64,000 nt of DNA from contig JAYWIR010000043.1 of NCBI GenBank assembly GCA_036172245.1, positions 372,001 to 436,000 of the forward strand, written 5' to 3'. The notes beneath the pieces are model-generated. The model was not told the origin of the DNA, ran no database searches, and saw only the letters and a list, made by a program, of their open reading frames with translations. Below, piece after piece: positions 24,445 to 36,309 of the stretch (within the stretch, counting starts at the first letter, position 1; every line of letters begins with the position of its first letter). This DNA is from Raillietiella orientalis (Eukaryota). A program made the position numbers and the translations under genes.

Positions 24445-27400
24445 GAATATCAGGAAATCACCTCACGTGACTGAGCCGAAGGAACAGCAGCACTCATTTT
24501 CATACCAGCGGAGGGAAGATGAACATTCTGAATCATCCTCGACAGACGAGGAATTGATCTTAAAAATCTATCCCATCACATTGGTGGAGGGAATCTGAAC
24601 TTTCAAGTTGCTTGACCTCTGTGGAATATAATAATAAATGAGACAATGATTAAGGAAAGGTGGTTTTCTGAATCTCCGGCGACTCTGCAGTTTTGCTGAC
24701 GGGATTGCCTACATTTCCGATAATTAACGGAGATGAAACCAAGGAACAGAATTCATCCTTGAGGAGTATCTAGAAGATTTCTTGGAGTTTTAGGTGATGG
24801 TGTTGATCTTCGATGGTTGTAACGGCGGCAACAGTCTCTTTTTCATGTGTTTGGTATTCTGAATGAGTAAATCTTTGTATGTATATCTCTTACTCTGCGG
24901 AACGAATGTGTCGGTTATTCTCATAAATCATCTGAAGGATTTTGATCTGAGGCTCAGTGAGAATTCAAAGACTCTTCTTTTGGATCTCGAAAAACATGCA
25001 CCCATGAACTTGGCTTTCTTTCCCCCCCCAGCCCCCCGCTTTGGAGTCATGAGGAATACGATACCGTGGCATGATATTCTCCTCAGCAAAAAAGCTTCAG
25101 GGAGCACAATTTAAAGTATCTTCTCGACGCAGGAAATTACACGCGTGTCCATATTGTGCTATTCCTATTGCGTAATCACAAAACTGCTTGCTTGAAAAAC
25201 AGAAGCTTACAAGCTGAACTTTCCTCCACGTATTTCGAATGTTTTCCATCAGTTTCATGAAGACTCCTGGGGACGATTCTCACGGGGAAGATACACCGAA
25301 AGCTGCATCGAGGAGGGAAGCAGCGAAATCAAAATCATTGCCCGATTTCTCCATGGGTCCTTACGTCGAACTTCTTGAAAATGTTTTGAGGCCCCAAAGC
25401 AGTCGGTGAGTTCCCGCAGACTTCAGCCCGACGTTCCGTTTCCTTCGGAAGGTGCGTGGAAGTGCTCCTCGTGGCAGTCGAACCGAAGCTGCAGACGAAA
25501 CGAAGGCCCTTTGGCATTTCATAACGACTACCTGCGCCGTTCATTCTTCTCTATCCGATTCGGTTTTCAAACACGGGCGCTGGAGTTTGGATTTTCGACA
25601 GCAAAATCTTTCAGCAGTGGGCTCGCATGAAGAAGACCTCGAAAAGTGAGTGCTGCCATCACCTCCTGGCGGAAAATCCATTATCGCGAATATGAGCAAT
25701 TTTCTCTTCAACAGCATCATTTAAACACAGGGTCTTTATCTTTCTGGACGTGAAAGCTGCTCTCTGCACGCATCGATTTATCTCCGATCTAATTTTGCAA
25801 GCGGGTGAAGATTATCGTGTCACTTGTAGAAAGAAAAAAAAGAAAAACTTATACATGGAAACGGATTTTCGTAAAAACTGACGGATACTGCAGGAAACCT
25901 TTGTTTTTCGAAGGTGCGCCTCGATGGATTTTTGCTGATGCGTCATTTCATTCCGACAGTCAGTCAGGAAGATTTTCCTGGGGTTCCACTGCTCTCTTCA
26001 AACCAAGGCGCCATATTAGAACACGAGACACAGATCCCTCACTGAGACGCAAGCAAAGGTGCTGCCATCCGTTCACCTGCCTGCCTCTGGACCCAACTGC
26101 TTCGAGGTGCTCCGGAAATGTTGATCCCGGATCGGCTTGTTGCGGGAGCAGCGTGCTATTGGTGAACATCGCACAAAAAATCCCACTGGTTGATGGCAAT
26201 CAGAAAAACACAGGAAAAATCTTTTTCCACCTTCAGTGAAGCTTTCCACACGCAAGACATCGATATTTGTGACCTCATGCTCCGACAGCTCCTGCTGAGC
26301 TATGCGGGAAATGGAGGCCTTTGGGCAACGAACTGCACACTGAAGCTCACTAAGTAACTCTTTCGGCCCATTTTCGTGGGTCTCGCGCGGCTTTGACGGA
26401 ATCGGAGAGCAACCTAGGAGATTACGTCCCACATTTTATTGCACGTGGAAATGATTGAGCCCTTGGAGATGCAAATCAGTGGGTCATACAAACTAAAGAA
26501 ACGCGTTTTAGTAAAGATTCATGCAGAAAAAGATAGAATTCTTTGCGGATCCCTTGCAGATGACATCCCCATACTCCTCGAAAACGAACTGAGAGTCGCA
26601 TTTTTGAATAGTTTCTTTGGTAGAAGAGAGAAACCACATCTCGCAGCAGTCACCTCCACCCTGGTCTTCTTTTGCCACTGAGGAAAACGGTGGTGTCTTG
26701 CTAGCAGGCGAGCGTGGCCATTCACGGCTGGAACCTCTTTGCGATCACAGTCGCACCTATGCGTTTTTAACTGGTCGAGCCGGGACGTTGATTTTGATAA
26801 ACGGACTTGGAAATCATTCTCAGAAAACAAGGACAAACAGAAAGAAGTTTACAGGAAAAGACCGCCGGCAAGCAGGCGGGCTGTTGAGGAATTGCGTAGT
26901 GAGAGGGAGAGGTCAATGAATAAGCAAAACAGGGGAGGAGAGGGTCAGGTGTCAGCCACTCCTGTCATCCGAGAGCTGGCGCCGAATGCTGGCGACTTCT
27001 GCGACTTCCTTTCGGAGATGAGGATACATAGCAGCTATCTTCAGCAAGGCATCTGCCATGCGTGCGAAGTCCCTTCGCTACACTTGAAACTCCAGCACAT
27101 ATCGGACTGCGACGATGGCGAGGATGCAGCGTCTCGTTGCGACCGCGGCATCTGCCGCAAGTTCTCTTTTTGCCTGAAGAAACCTCGCAACAAGTCCGTT
27201 GCGAGGTTTGCGGAATGCCAGGGTTCCTCGAGGGCACCGCATTCAATCGAGAGCTGGTGGAACGATCCCACCGTCCCTCACGCTGAACGCTTTGGGGATG
27301 CCACTCCCCTCGAACCGGGGTGTCTGCGTTGATTGCACTGAAATAGCCAGTGCAGAAACAACAGGACACTCTGTTTTCACTTCAAAGGGAGCACCGTAGT

Positions 27401-28999
27401 ATCAGCACATAATAGGGGCATTACGAATCCTTCGGGGTGGAAGTGGAGAGGGATAGAAAGCAGGTAGCACCCCCGAAGGAATTCCTTTGACAGGGATTCA
27501 GGAGTGACGGCGTTCATCAAACAGCTCGTCTTCCAGTCATCAACAAGTATCTTGACACCTGCAATTCTGAAAGGGATCTTCCACCTCGCGGTTGGCAGCT
27601 GTCCTTACGGTGGTCCAGCTGGACGTGTGAGGGCTATCGAGGACTACTGGGTTCAGACCTGCAGCAATCTTTGTCCTCAACGCTGAGCATCCTTCATGAG
27701 AGACGGCAGCTGCCAGCCGGTTGAGTGGGTTCTTGGCCATAGTAGGAGGCACATAACCTTTCGGGAGATGTGCGGTAGCAAAAGGGGCCGAGATGGTCAC
27801 TCTAAGGACACAGACGGCTGCTGAGTCTCTCCAAAAGGAACTGGAGGTCTGCTCCGTTGTGTTTTTTTTTTTCTCCTCACGCTTCCTCGTCTGACGGCGG
27901 CGTTCTTCCTGAACTGAAGATCTTCTTTCTGAACTGGGGTCTCCTGTGTAACAAGCCCCCCATCACATGCGATGCGGGTGGTGGGCAATGTTCCCCCTGA
28001 GCTGTGTGATGTTGCGGAGTAAAATAAATCCATCTCGCATTAACCTCTCGGCTATGGTGCTCTTCTCCCGAGATGGAGGCTCAAACCAAGAGGCTTCTCA
28101 CTTGCAGAGCACACTCCTGAGCATCTCCTGCGGAACTCCCTCTTCCTAGATACACTTCAGCTGCGCACGGTAATCGCGATGATACACCTGCGTCACTGAG
28201 GTAGCTCATGTTGCAGGGAAACTACGTCTCTGGCCAGAAGGTGAGGCAAGTGGCCACTCTCCCCCCAGCAATTCCATGCTGCGGAGATCTGCAAGGTCAC
28301 CTTATTGCACCCCAACAGCATGGAAGGACCACGCACGCGTTGTGAGAAGGATTGGAGTCCCTACTCACTCCTCATTCAATTATCATCTTTGTTCTTCATT
28401 GTCCCTTTCTCATGTGTAACGGCAGACACCTCCCCCTGTATGCTCAAATGCATTTCGGGCAACATCCCCTTCCCCCCGGTAAAGATTCCGGTATGACTTC
28501 GTTTCCTACTCTTCAAGTTTATTTATTTGTTGCAAATAAACACCCCAGCTCAAACGGGTGCCAAACCCTTCCTGACAAAGACCCTCGGGATCCATTAGCA
28601 CAGAGTGGCTGATCCGTTCCTTGCCCTGCACATGTATTTATTTATTCAATTGTTTTCTCAATTGCGTCCGCCATGACTCCCCAGCACCATGAGGTTTCGC
28701 CACGCGAATTCACGCCAGACTAAGTCCGGCATGCATTTATTTATGAATTGCTAATAGATGGTCAGTTGGTACATCTGCAGGTGTTGGTACATCTGCAGTG
28801 GGAAAGTAAAAGTAGAATTGTTCTCTCCAGGTGTTTTCATTCTATTCTGCAAGCGAAGTCTCGATGCGAACGGCACGAGAAGCAACGCGAACGGTCTGAA
28901 ATGGAGCCGAACGTTGCGTCCGTCCTGATGTTCCCTCCGGCGTCCGGTGCAGTTTCCCAGCATGATCTCTTTTTTTTTTTTTTCGTTGTCCTGCTTGTC

Positions 29000-30196
29000 C
29001 TATCGTATGAAGAGAGTGGCACCAAGATCAAGTCGCCGGAACACTCCGTGAAAATCACGGATGAGCGACAGCTCCTGGAACTGAGAAGGGTGGCCGTTTG
29101 CGGTACACAGAGCCTACTCGAAGCTGCTGAACAGCTCGAGAGGCCTGATGCCAGCCCAACTGGCAAAATGGGAGAATGGGATGACCCCAGTTGGAAAAGG
29201 AAGCAGACACCGATGAGGACTCATTACTTGAAATCAGTGCCTCGCACCAAAGAGGTGTGGAAATAAGAACTGATACTGGGTTAAAGATGGTAATTTCCTT
29301 CGTATTACACGGGGAACTCCAGAGACCCAGACTGAAAACCGGAGATTGCGAACGGTCGCCATCAACAGTGTCAGCGACCACCAAAAAATACGGCTCTTCG
29401 CTACCACCAGGAAATAAATGGGCGATTTACGCACAGAACACGAGAAATGTGGAAGAACTAAAACTGTGAGTGTCCCGACATTACGCAGAAAACCCTCCAA
29501 GAACTCGACCCCACAAAAGAAAAAAGTAGTGTAAGTAATGACGTCCTCGTCACCACGGCTGCCAGTCGCAACGGGATCCTCAACATGAGCCTGTGGGCAG
29601 CTGGAGAGACAGTCTGAAGAAGCGTCCTACCACTAGGACGACGTTCTTGTGTTTTACTACAGGGGAATCCTGAGTGGTTCGAGGATCAAGCATTGGACAG
29701 ACGGCATTCAAGATGGACCTTGCAAAGTATGTGGGGCTAATCCGGAAACGCTGCTGCACATCCCCGCTTGCTGGACTCTGTTCCAGGATTGGACATCTCT
29801 GAAGGAAGGCCTGCAGACGAGCTCGAGGATGGCGTTCTTGGAGAGAGATTGTTCCAAGGGAATTGCAGCGTTCCCGAGACAACCTCATAGTATGAACAAC
29901 GACTGATGACCTCTTCATCACAAGCTTTGTGATAAGACGGCATAAGGAAATCAGGAAGAGTAACGCCTGCCATTCCAGATCCTGAAAGGAGTCATTTAGA
30001 GAGAGATTAGCATTAGGAACTGCGTCTCAATTCCAGCCTGGACGTATCGCTGCATTTTGAAAGGATGGAGGATACTGATCAGGTGAGAGCGATGCCCAAG
30101 ATCCCTTAGTGACCAAACCCCAATGACATGACATTCTTGTCTCACCAAAACAGTGAAGATTAGTGCATTCTAGAACTGAGGATTAAAAAAAAAAAA
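29000..30196 (+). mobile_element. 3' end of a decayed L1/Tx1-like non-LTR retrotransposon with poly(A) tail
   Basis: C-terminal zinc knuckle CKVCGANPETLLH (~29721-29759), then broken frames ending in ATTAAA/A12 at 30182-30196. The 5' boundary is uncertain. Confidence 0.65.
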
Positions 30197-32320
30197 GTCA
30201 CTTGCTCTTTGTGTACTTGGTGTTTTTTGTATACAAATCGCTTAAATAAATTCGCCCCTCCGCTTTATGTTGGACTGGTGACAAACTTCTGCTACCGCGT
30301 TGTTGACATCCAGCACCTCTTCAGCAAAGGGCATCGTGGGTCCTATGCTAAAGGGATTAATCGGCAGAAGAAATTACAGGGCCCGGCCATCCTTCCCTTC
30401 TTCAGCACATGCATTCGGACCAGCCGGCGTTCTCACAACTTGGCTCGCCTACTCCATCTTCTGATTTGCAGAAAATTCTCGAAATGTTCATCGTCCTGCT
30501 GCAGCACTTCGATCTCACGGATGGATGCCTACGAAAACGAAAGCAATTCCCACTCTTCTAGCATGCTTTGGAGTTTTGAGATTGCATCCCTTATCCTCAG
30601 GAGTCCTTGTTTTGGTAGCATGAACATTTGCTCACCATGTCACACTTTGGCATCCCTCGGCTACTATTTCCATCTCAACTTTCAGAGACCGAGTGGCACA
30701 TATTCAGCCACTCAGTCTCTGAAACCACAAAAATCAAGGGCATCATTTTTCCCCACTACTTTCTTCCCACAACTCTGTCCATGTTGAACGAACGAGCTAC
30801 TTGATTTGTTCGAATTCTCGTTCTTGGCTGAGATGTCCAGCAGTCTCACAGCTCTATCATAAGGGTGGCTTCTTCTCTTTCATAAGAGCTTCGGCGTTCC
30901 AATGAATTTGCCTTAGTTAGCGATGTCATGACTTCTTTAACAGCATTCTAGGTCCGGAGCATCACTGTGTGCAGTATTTTAGAAGGACAGATTGGGATCT
31001 CTTCCTTACTTATTCAGTGACTCGCGATTCCATCCCTGGAATTGATGAGATGGAAGTTCCCTCGAGCTTTGCCGTGTTTCTTGTTTCGGTTCAGTAACGA
31101 TCTTCTGTACCTTCGGCGACTCCAAAATAGGCTCTTGTTATAAGCGCTATCTTGGGGTCGGGTTTCCTTAATCGGCATAAACATGTCGATTAAGAAAATC
31201 CCGAACATCTGAGAGTCTTAAGGCAAATTGATTCCATCGTTCTCGGTATTGGAAGTCCAACAAGGCGATCAGCGGTTATCGGTTTTCCTCCTGGCTGCTT
31301 GCGGCTGGTGGAATTAACTCTCGAGATCCGTAGCATGAATATGATCATCATCAAGGCAGCCCCGAGCCGGCTGATTTAATCGATCGGGGAGCTGCACTCT
31401 TGTGTTAGTTCTTCAAGCCAAGAGCACGGTTTCTTAACTTTTCTGGAACTTCTTGAAGATCCTCGACAGGACCAGCGCAGCCGAGGAAACGAGATTGGGG
31501 TTTTTTTTTTTTTTTTTTTTTTTCTTTTCACTCACAGACTTTCATGTTTTGAGGGGTCGCACGGACTTTGGGAGACTCACCTCAAAAAAAATTTCCTTTG
31601 TCTTATGTTACGCATTTATGACTTTATTTAGTTGCGATGGAATACATAGCAAGCGAAAACTTCGGTGACCATCCTTTCGGGAGATACGTTAAGGTGGTCG
31701 CACAGCGAATCGAAGTAGATGTCGTGATGAGCATATACAAACTCGATTGAGAAGCATTCACCGGGTTAAAGATGGCAAAACAGGTGGTCTCGAGAAGGGC
31801 GATTGCTTTCTGTGGATGGAATCTGGGATGAGGCTGCGCTCTTCCCTTGCCTCCGTGGTTGTGCCATGAACGATGAAATGCAGGTGACTTGGGGTGTCTC
31901 TGGAAACTCCTTCGTGGAAACGGATTTGATCAACTGCGTCGATGGTTACGTCATGTAACAAATCCGATCTGCATTCGAGGATCGGAGAAAAGATGCAGCG
32001 GTGTCTGCGTGGAAAGAAAACAAATGGCTTATCAACTGCTTCCATTCGCATTGAAATGCAAGACAGACTCTGTGTGTTTCGAAATGATTCCTCAAGGAAT
32101 CTGGGATGAGCTTAAGTCTTGCGGACTCTGTCGCCCGCAATCTCGTTCTCTTCCGAATCAACAGAGGCGAACTCGCAATCTGCTTTCTGTCAACATCTTC
32201 TCCTCATCTGAATTTGAACTTTTTGCAATTAGCTCCGCGCAGAACGTGAAGTGCTCCATGAAGTGGGCATATTTGTCAGGCAAGCTCTTCCACCATGCAA
32301 AAATTCCCATTCTTTTAGGG

Positions 32321-32802
32321 CAGCCACACTCAATTTACGGCTCGCGGGCAGCATGCGGCCCGCCAAGACCATTTCATTCACAGCCATTAAAAGTACTTGT
32401 CTGAAACTTCTGCTGGTCGGGCGGCAGTTTTTTGATAGAGGGCAAATCGCCAGCGGTTGGCACCCGCGCCCGCAGCGCCTCTAGCGGGTTGTCGTTTCGA
32501 CACTCCGTGCAATGACGTTGTTGCGTACAGTTTCTTGTCATTTTAAGGGTTGGTACGCGGAAAGAATACAGTCCGTGCTTAAGCCGCCACAACCGAAAAA
32601 GTATTCGCTTGCATCCATACTCTTCGGGTGTTTTTTGCATAAAATATATGAATGGGAAAAAAATTTTCCATTGAGTTTACATTTGCGCATTAATTAAAAT
32701 ATATATTGATGCATAGTTTTTTTTCTACATGATTACATTATAATATATAGCGTACTATATACAGCCCGCGTGATGTTGCAAGGTTATGTAGGAGTATCAC
32801 TG
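32321..32802. mobile_element. Non-autonomous hAT (Charlie/Buster-type) MITE
   Basis: Left end CAGCCACACTCAATTTACGGCTCGCGGGCAGCATGCGGCCCGCC has the typical Charlie/Buster subterminal motif. Right end CAGCCCGCG...GAGTATCACTG is a degenerate inverted copy. The flanks TTTTAGGG and TTCTAAGC resemble a decayed 8-bp TA-centred target duplication; the interior is AT-rich. Confidence 0.5.
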
Positions 32803-35800
32803 TTCTAAGCAATGTGACCTTACAGTCAGTTGCAAAACGAAGAACCCATGTGCCGCTAGCTGCGAAATACATAAAGTTTCAGGAACCAATCGTTTGGAAG
32901 AGTCTCACCCAATATTCTGCACACATTATAATCTAAGAATCTGTTGTCCTACATGTCTCACCCTCCGACGTATCTCAATTCCCCAGATGCATTTCATTCC
33001 ATGTACATAAAACGCTGTAATTACGGAAGAGGAAGAAAAAGAAAGCGTGGAAAGTAGGAGAGAAAACAAACAAGGAATTCCAGAGAGTCAAAGTTGATCA
33101 CAGTCCAAAGTCCATCACAAGGAATTGATTTTCTTAACAAAGCCGCGAATGGGAAGGATCTCAATGTATTGGGGTGCATCCCATCCGGTTAAGCGTTGTT
33201 ATTCGATAACCTTACAGGGCAAATGGGGATGCCCTCCAGGTACTCCCGCCGACGCCTAAGTGAGCTTCCTTGGGATTTCCTGGCTGCGATCAGCCTGAGT
33301 GATGAAGGAAACACTCTTAGCAATCGAAAAATCAAATCGGCAGGTGGCAAACGCCTTCCGGAGAAGCTAAAGTAGAATGGCAGCATCAGATCACGGTGTC
33401 TCCAGGAAGCTGAACTCAGCATAGTGCACGCAGCCCCTTCAATGACGCCAGATGAAAACGCTTGCAGCTGGTGCAAATGTTCCCCGAAAGGACTCGGGAG
33501 ATCCTTGCCCTTTATTTACTTTGGAAGACATACGTAGGGAAGCTGCTTTTGTCGCAGAGCCAAGACCTGCTTCCTTCGATTACACTGCCTGGAGTGGCTC
33601 CTGACTGATCGTATTCAAACCCTCAGAGGGGTAGTCGATGTCATCCACGAACTTCATTCGAAAATTCCAGCCCTCCAGGGCTTCGTGTTTTATCACATTC
33701 GGCGCCATGGTGTGCCGTGAGGGACTGAGAACTTTCTTTGTGTGAGCTGATTGCAGTCATGCATGAGCCAGCGGGCAAGCAACCAAAGTGAGACTTTTTA
33801 AATGAAGTTCTTCCTGACTTGGGTCATATCGAAGGAGGGGTCTCGCAAAAACTTACCAAGTGTGTTTTGCACGAAGTCTGAGTGGTGGAAACAGACCATG
33901 GATGGAAGTATTGCAGAGCGCCTCAGAAAAATTTGTTGTTCCAATAATGCCGGAAGAGGAAATGATATTTGCTTGTCTTCACGTTAATCAAACATACGAT
34001 CCAAGCCCCGGAAATCAGACTAGTAGATGTAAACTGCTAAGAATCACGAAGACTTCTCGAAGATGGCTGTGAAACACAGAAATGGTAGCCATGGTAAGAG
34101 CCGTTCGTATAAACACACGCGTGAGTGCTCAACATGCGTGGAGACTCCTACGAATTGGAAAATACTGCCGACTCCGAAAGGACAGGCCTCACGTTTCAAG
34201 TTCCACTCAAAAGATGATGGAACCTTCAAGATCAAGATGCTTGCGCTTCAGGAAATGCTGGTAAAAGAAAAAAAAAAAAAAAAAATGTACTTGGACGGCT
34301 CGATGGTGACCTTCGTTTCGCGTTTCAGAATGAAGAGACAATGAGCTCGTTTGAAAAGCTGCAAAGCTACTCGAAAAGGTAACAGGACGACATATTTCAG
34401 TTCGTCTGCATTCATGGTCATATGCGGCATGCTGACAGGCATTGACAACAGGCATGATTTTCGGATAATGGCAAGAAGCGCCTCTTGGAATGCAGTGTGC
34501 CCCCAGACAGCCTGTTGGCAGGCAAACTTTGCGAGTTACTGAGAGAAAAGCTGGAGCCGCTCGGCTGAGGTCACTCCATCGAGGCCACAAGTTTGCGTCC
34601 ATTGAAGAAACTCTTTCATCCAGTCTAGTCACTTTCTCGTTGCATTCCTAGGGAGCATCTATGCAGCTTGCCTTTTTCTCCTAGCCTCGACAGTGCAAGC
34701 GCTCGCTGCTGCCACTGTTTGAAAGATGCCCCAGCAGTCCTTGGCCACTTGCTGGAAACAGCTTTGGCACCTCTCCTACCTGCAATGCTCCCGAGCGAAT
34801 GTGCACGGACATCCGCATCCTTTATGCAAGCTAGAAGCCGCCCATGCAAGCAATCCAGGGGAAATTCGCATGCAGGTAGCCACCGAGGAAGCAGCGCAGA
34901 TCTTTGGTCGAAATGCATGTGTCCTCACCGATGCATCTTCCGGATCCTGGAAGCACGGAATTATTTTGGAGGCAACTCTACGGCAGTATCGATTTCTGCA
35001 CGTTGATTCGGCACTTGGCCTTCTGCCAAACTCAGAATGATTCATCCGCTTCACAGTGATTCTCAAGAAGAAGATTTCAGGAACACCTTTCTGGACCTCT
35101 CCGATAGTCCATCCGAAAGGCTTCCATCAGGCCGGTCATCCACACTGCCTACCGTTAGGCACGGCTGCTTCCCTACCAAGAGACCAACATCCCTCTTCTT
35201 CAGCCTTATGTGCGCTTACATGAGACTGCAGGGAATCGGCTTCTCACGAGAAAAAGAAAGGGGGAAAAAAAAAAGGGACTCACTTGGTCAAATGAACTGA
35301 ATAGAGATCTGTGATACTACGACTGAGGAAATCCAACGCCTTGAAAAGTACTTCGCAAGAAAGTTAAGAGAGGGCACTCGGTTCCTGTTTATTCGGAAGG
35401 ATCTGTGCGGTGTCTTCTCAAATGAGACGTATTCGGGTACGAGACAGTTATGCTGCAAGGAAGGGACCTCACCACCCTCTGACTCGCTTATCTTCGAATC
35501 CAGACAACGTGGAAGCCGGATCCCCAAATCCTCCGAGGAGAACGCGTTCCCATTCCTAGGGAGACCGCGAGCATGGCTGTGTGATCCGTGATCGCGAACC
35601 GCCTCTTGCGCGGCTTCTGTTCGCAAAGCACCCCTTCTCCTCACGTCCCTCACGACCCTTGTCGTCATCTCCTCACATGCAGCTCTTTCATCAGCTTCAC
35701 CCCGGGCACTGGTCGTGTTCCTCATGGCAGCCACCACTTAGGAAAGCAAAACTGTTTCAGATTTTTCGTGTGTTTTTGTCGAATCCACACGAAACAGTCA

Positions 35801-36309
35801 CGATTCCGGAAAAGTGGGCAGAATTTTTTGCACATGTCCGGTTCAAGGAACCAACGAATGAACTGAGATACTCGTCAACGCGCGTCAGCTGTGCCCTGGT
35901 CAGGATACTGGAAGCCATCCTTCTGTAAGCACTTCTTTGTGCGTAGGGAAGGATTTGTGATTCGATCCGTTGGTTTCGATTTGCATATCGTTCGCAACGC
36001 TATGAAAATGCGATCGCAATACCGCCATTGCGCGCATCTTGAGATGCATTCTTTACTTGCCCACGGGCGATGCAACGGACTTCGAGGACCGCAAAACAGG
36101 ATGACTGCCTAACGGTGGTGGTACCTACCGTATTTTCCGTTGAGCCATTGCTGGATCGCAATGGTCTGCAAGAGGAGGCTCACGCGTAAAATAGTCACGG
36201 ATTTCCCGAGACAGATCACATTTTGTTTTATTTTCACGTTTCCCACTTTAAGCTTTGGGCAGATCCCATTTGCATATTTTGCGGTGCATCGTGAATGCTT
36301 AGGAGTTTA

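Noticed and set aside
33780..34070. LGHIEGGVSQKL / SGGN resembling mononegaviral motifs B and C
   Set aside because: The two strings are in different frames, their spacing is about half the expected distance, and there is no further support.
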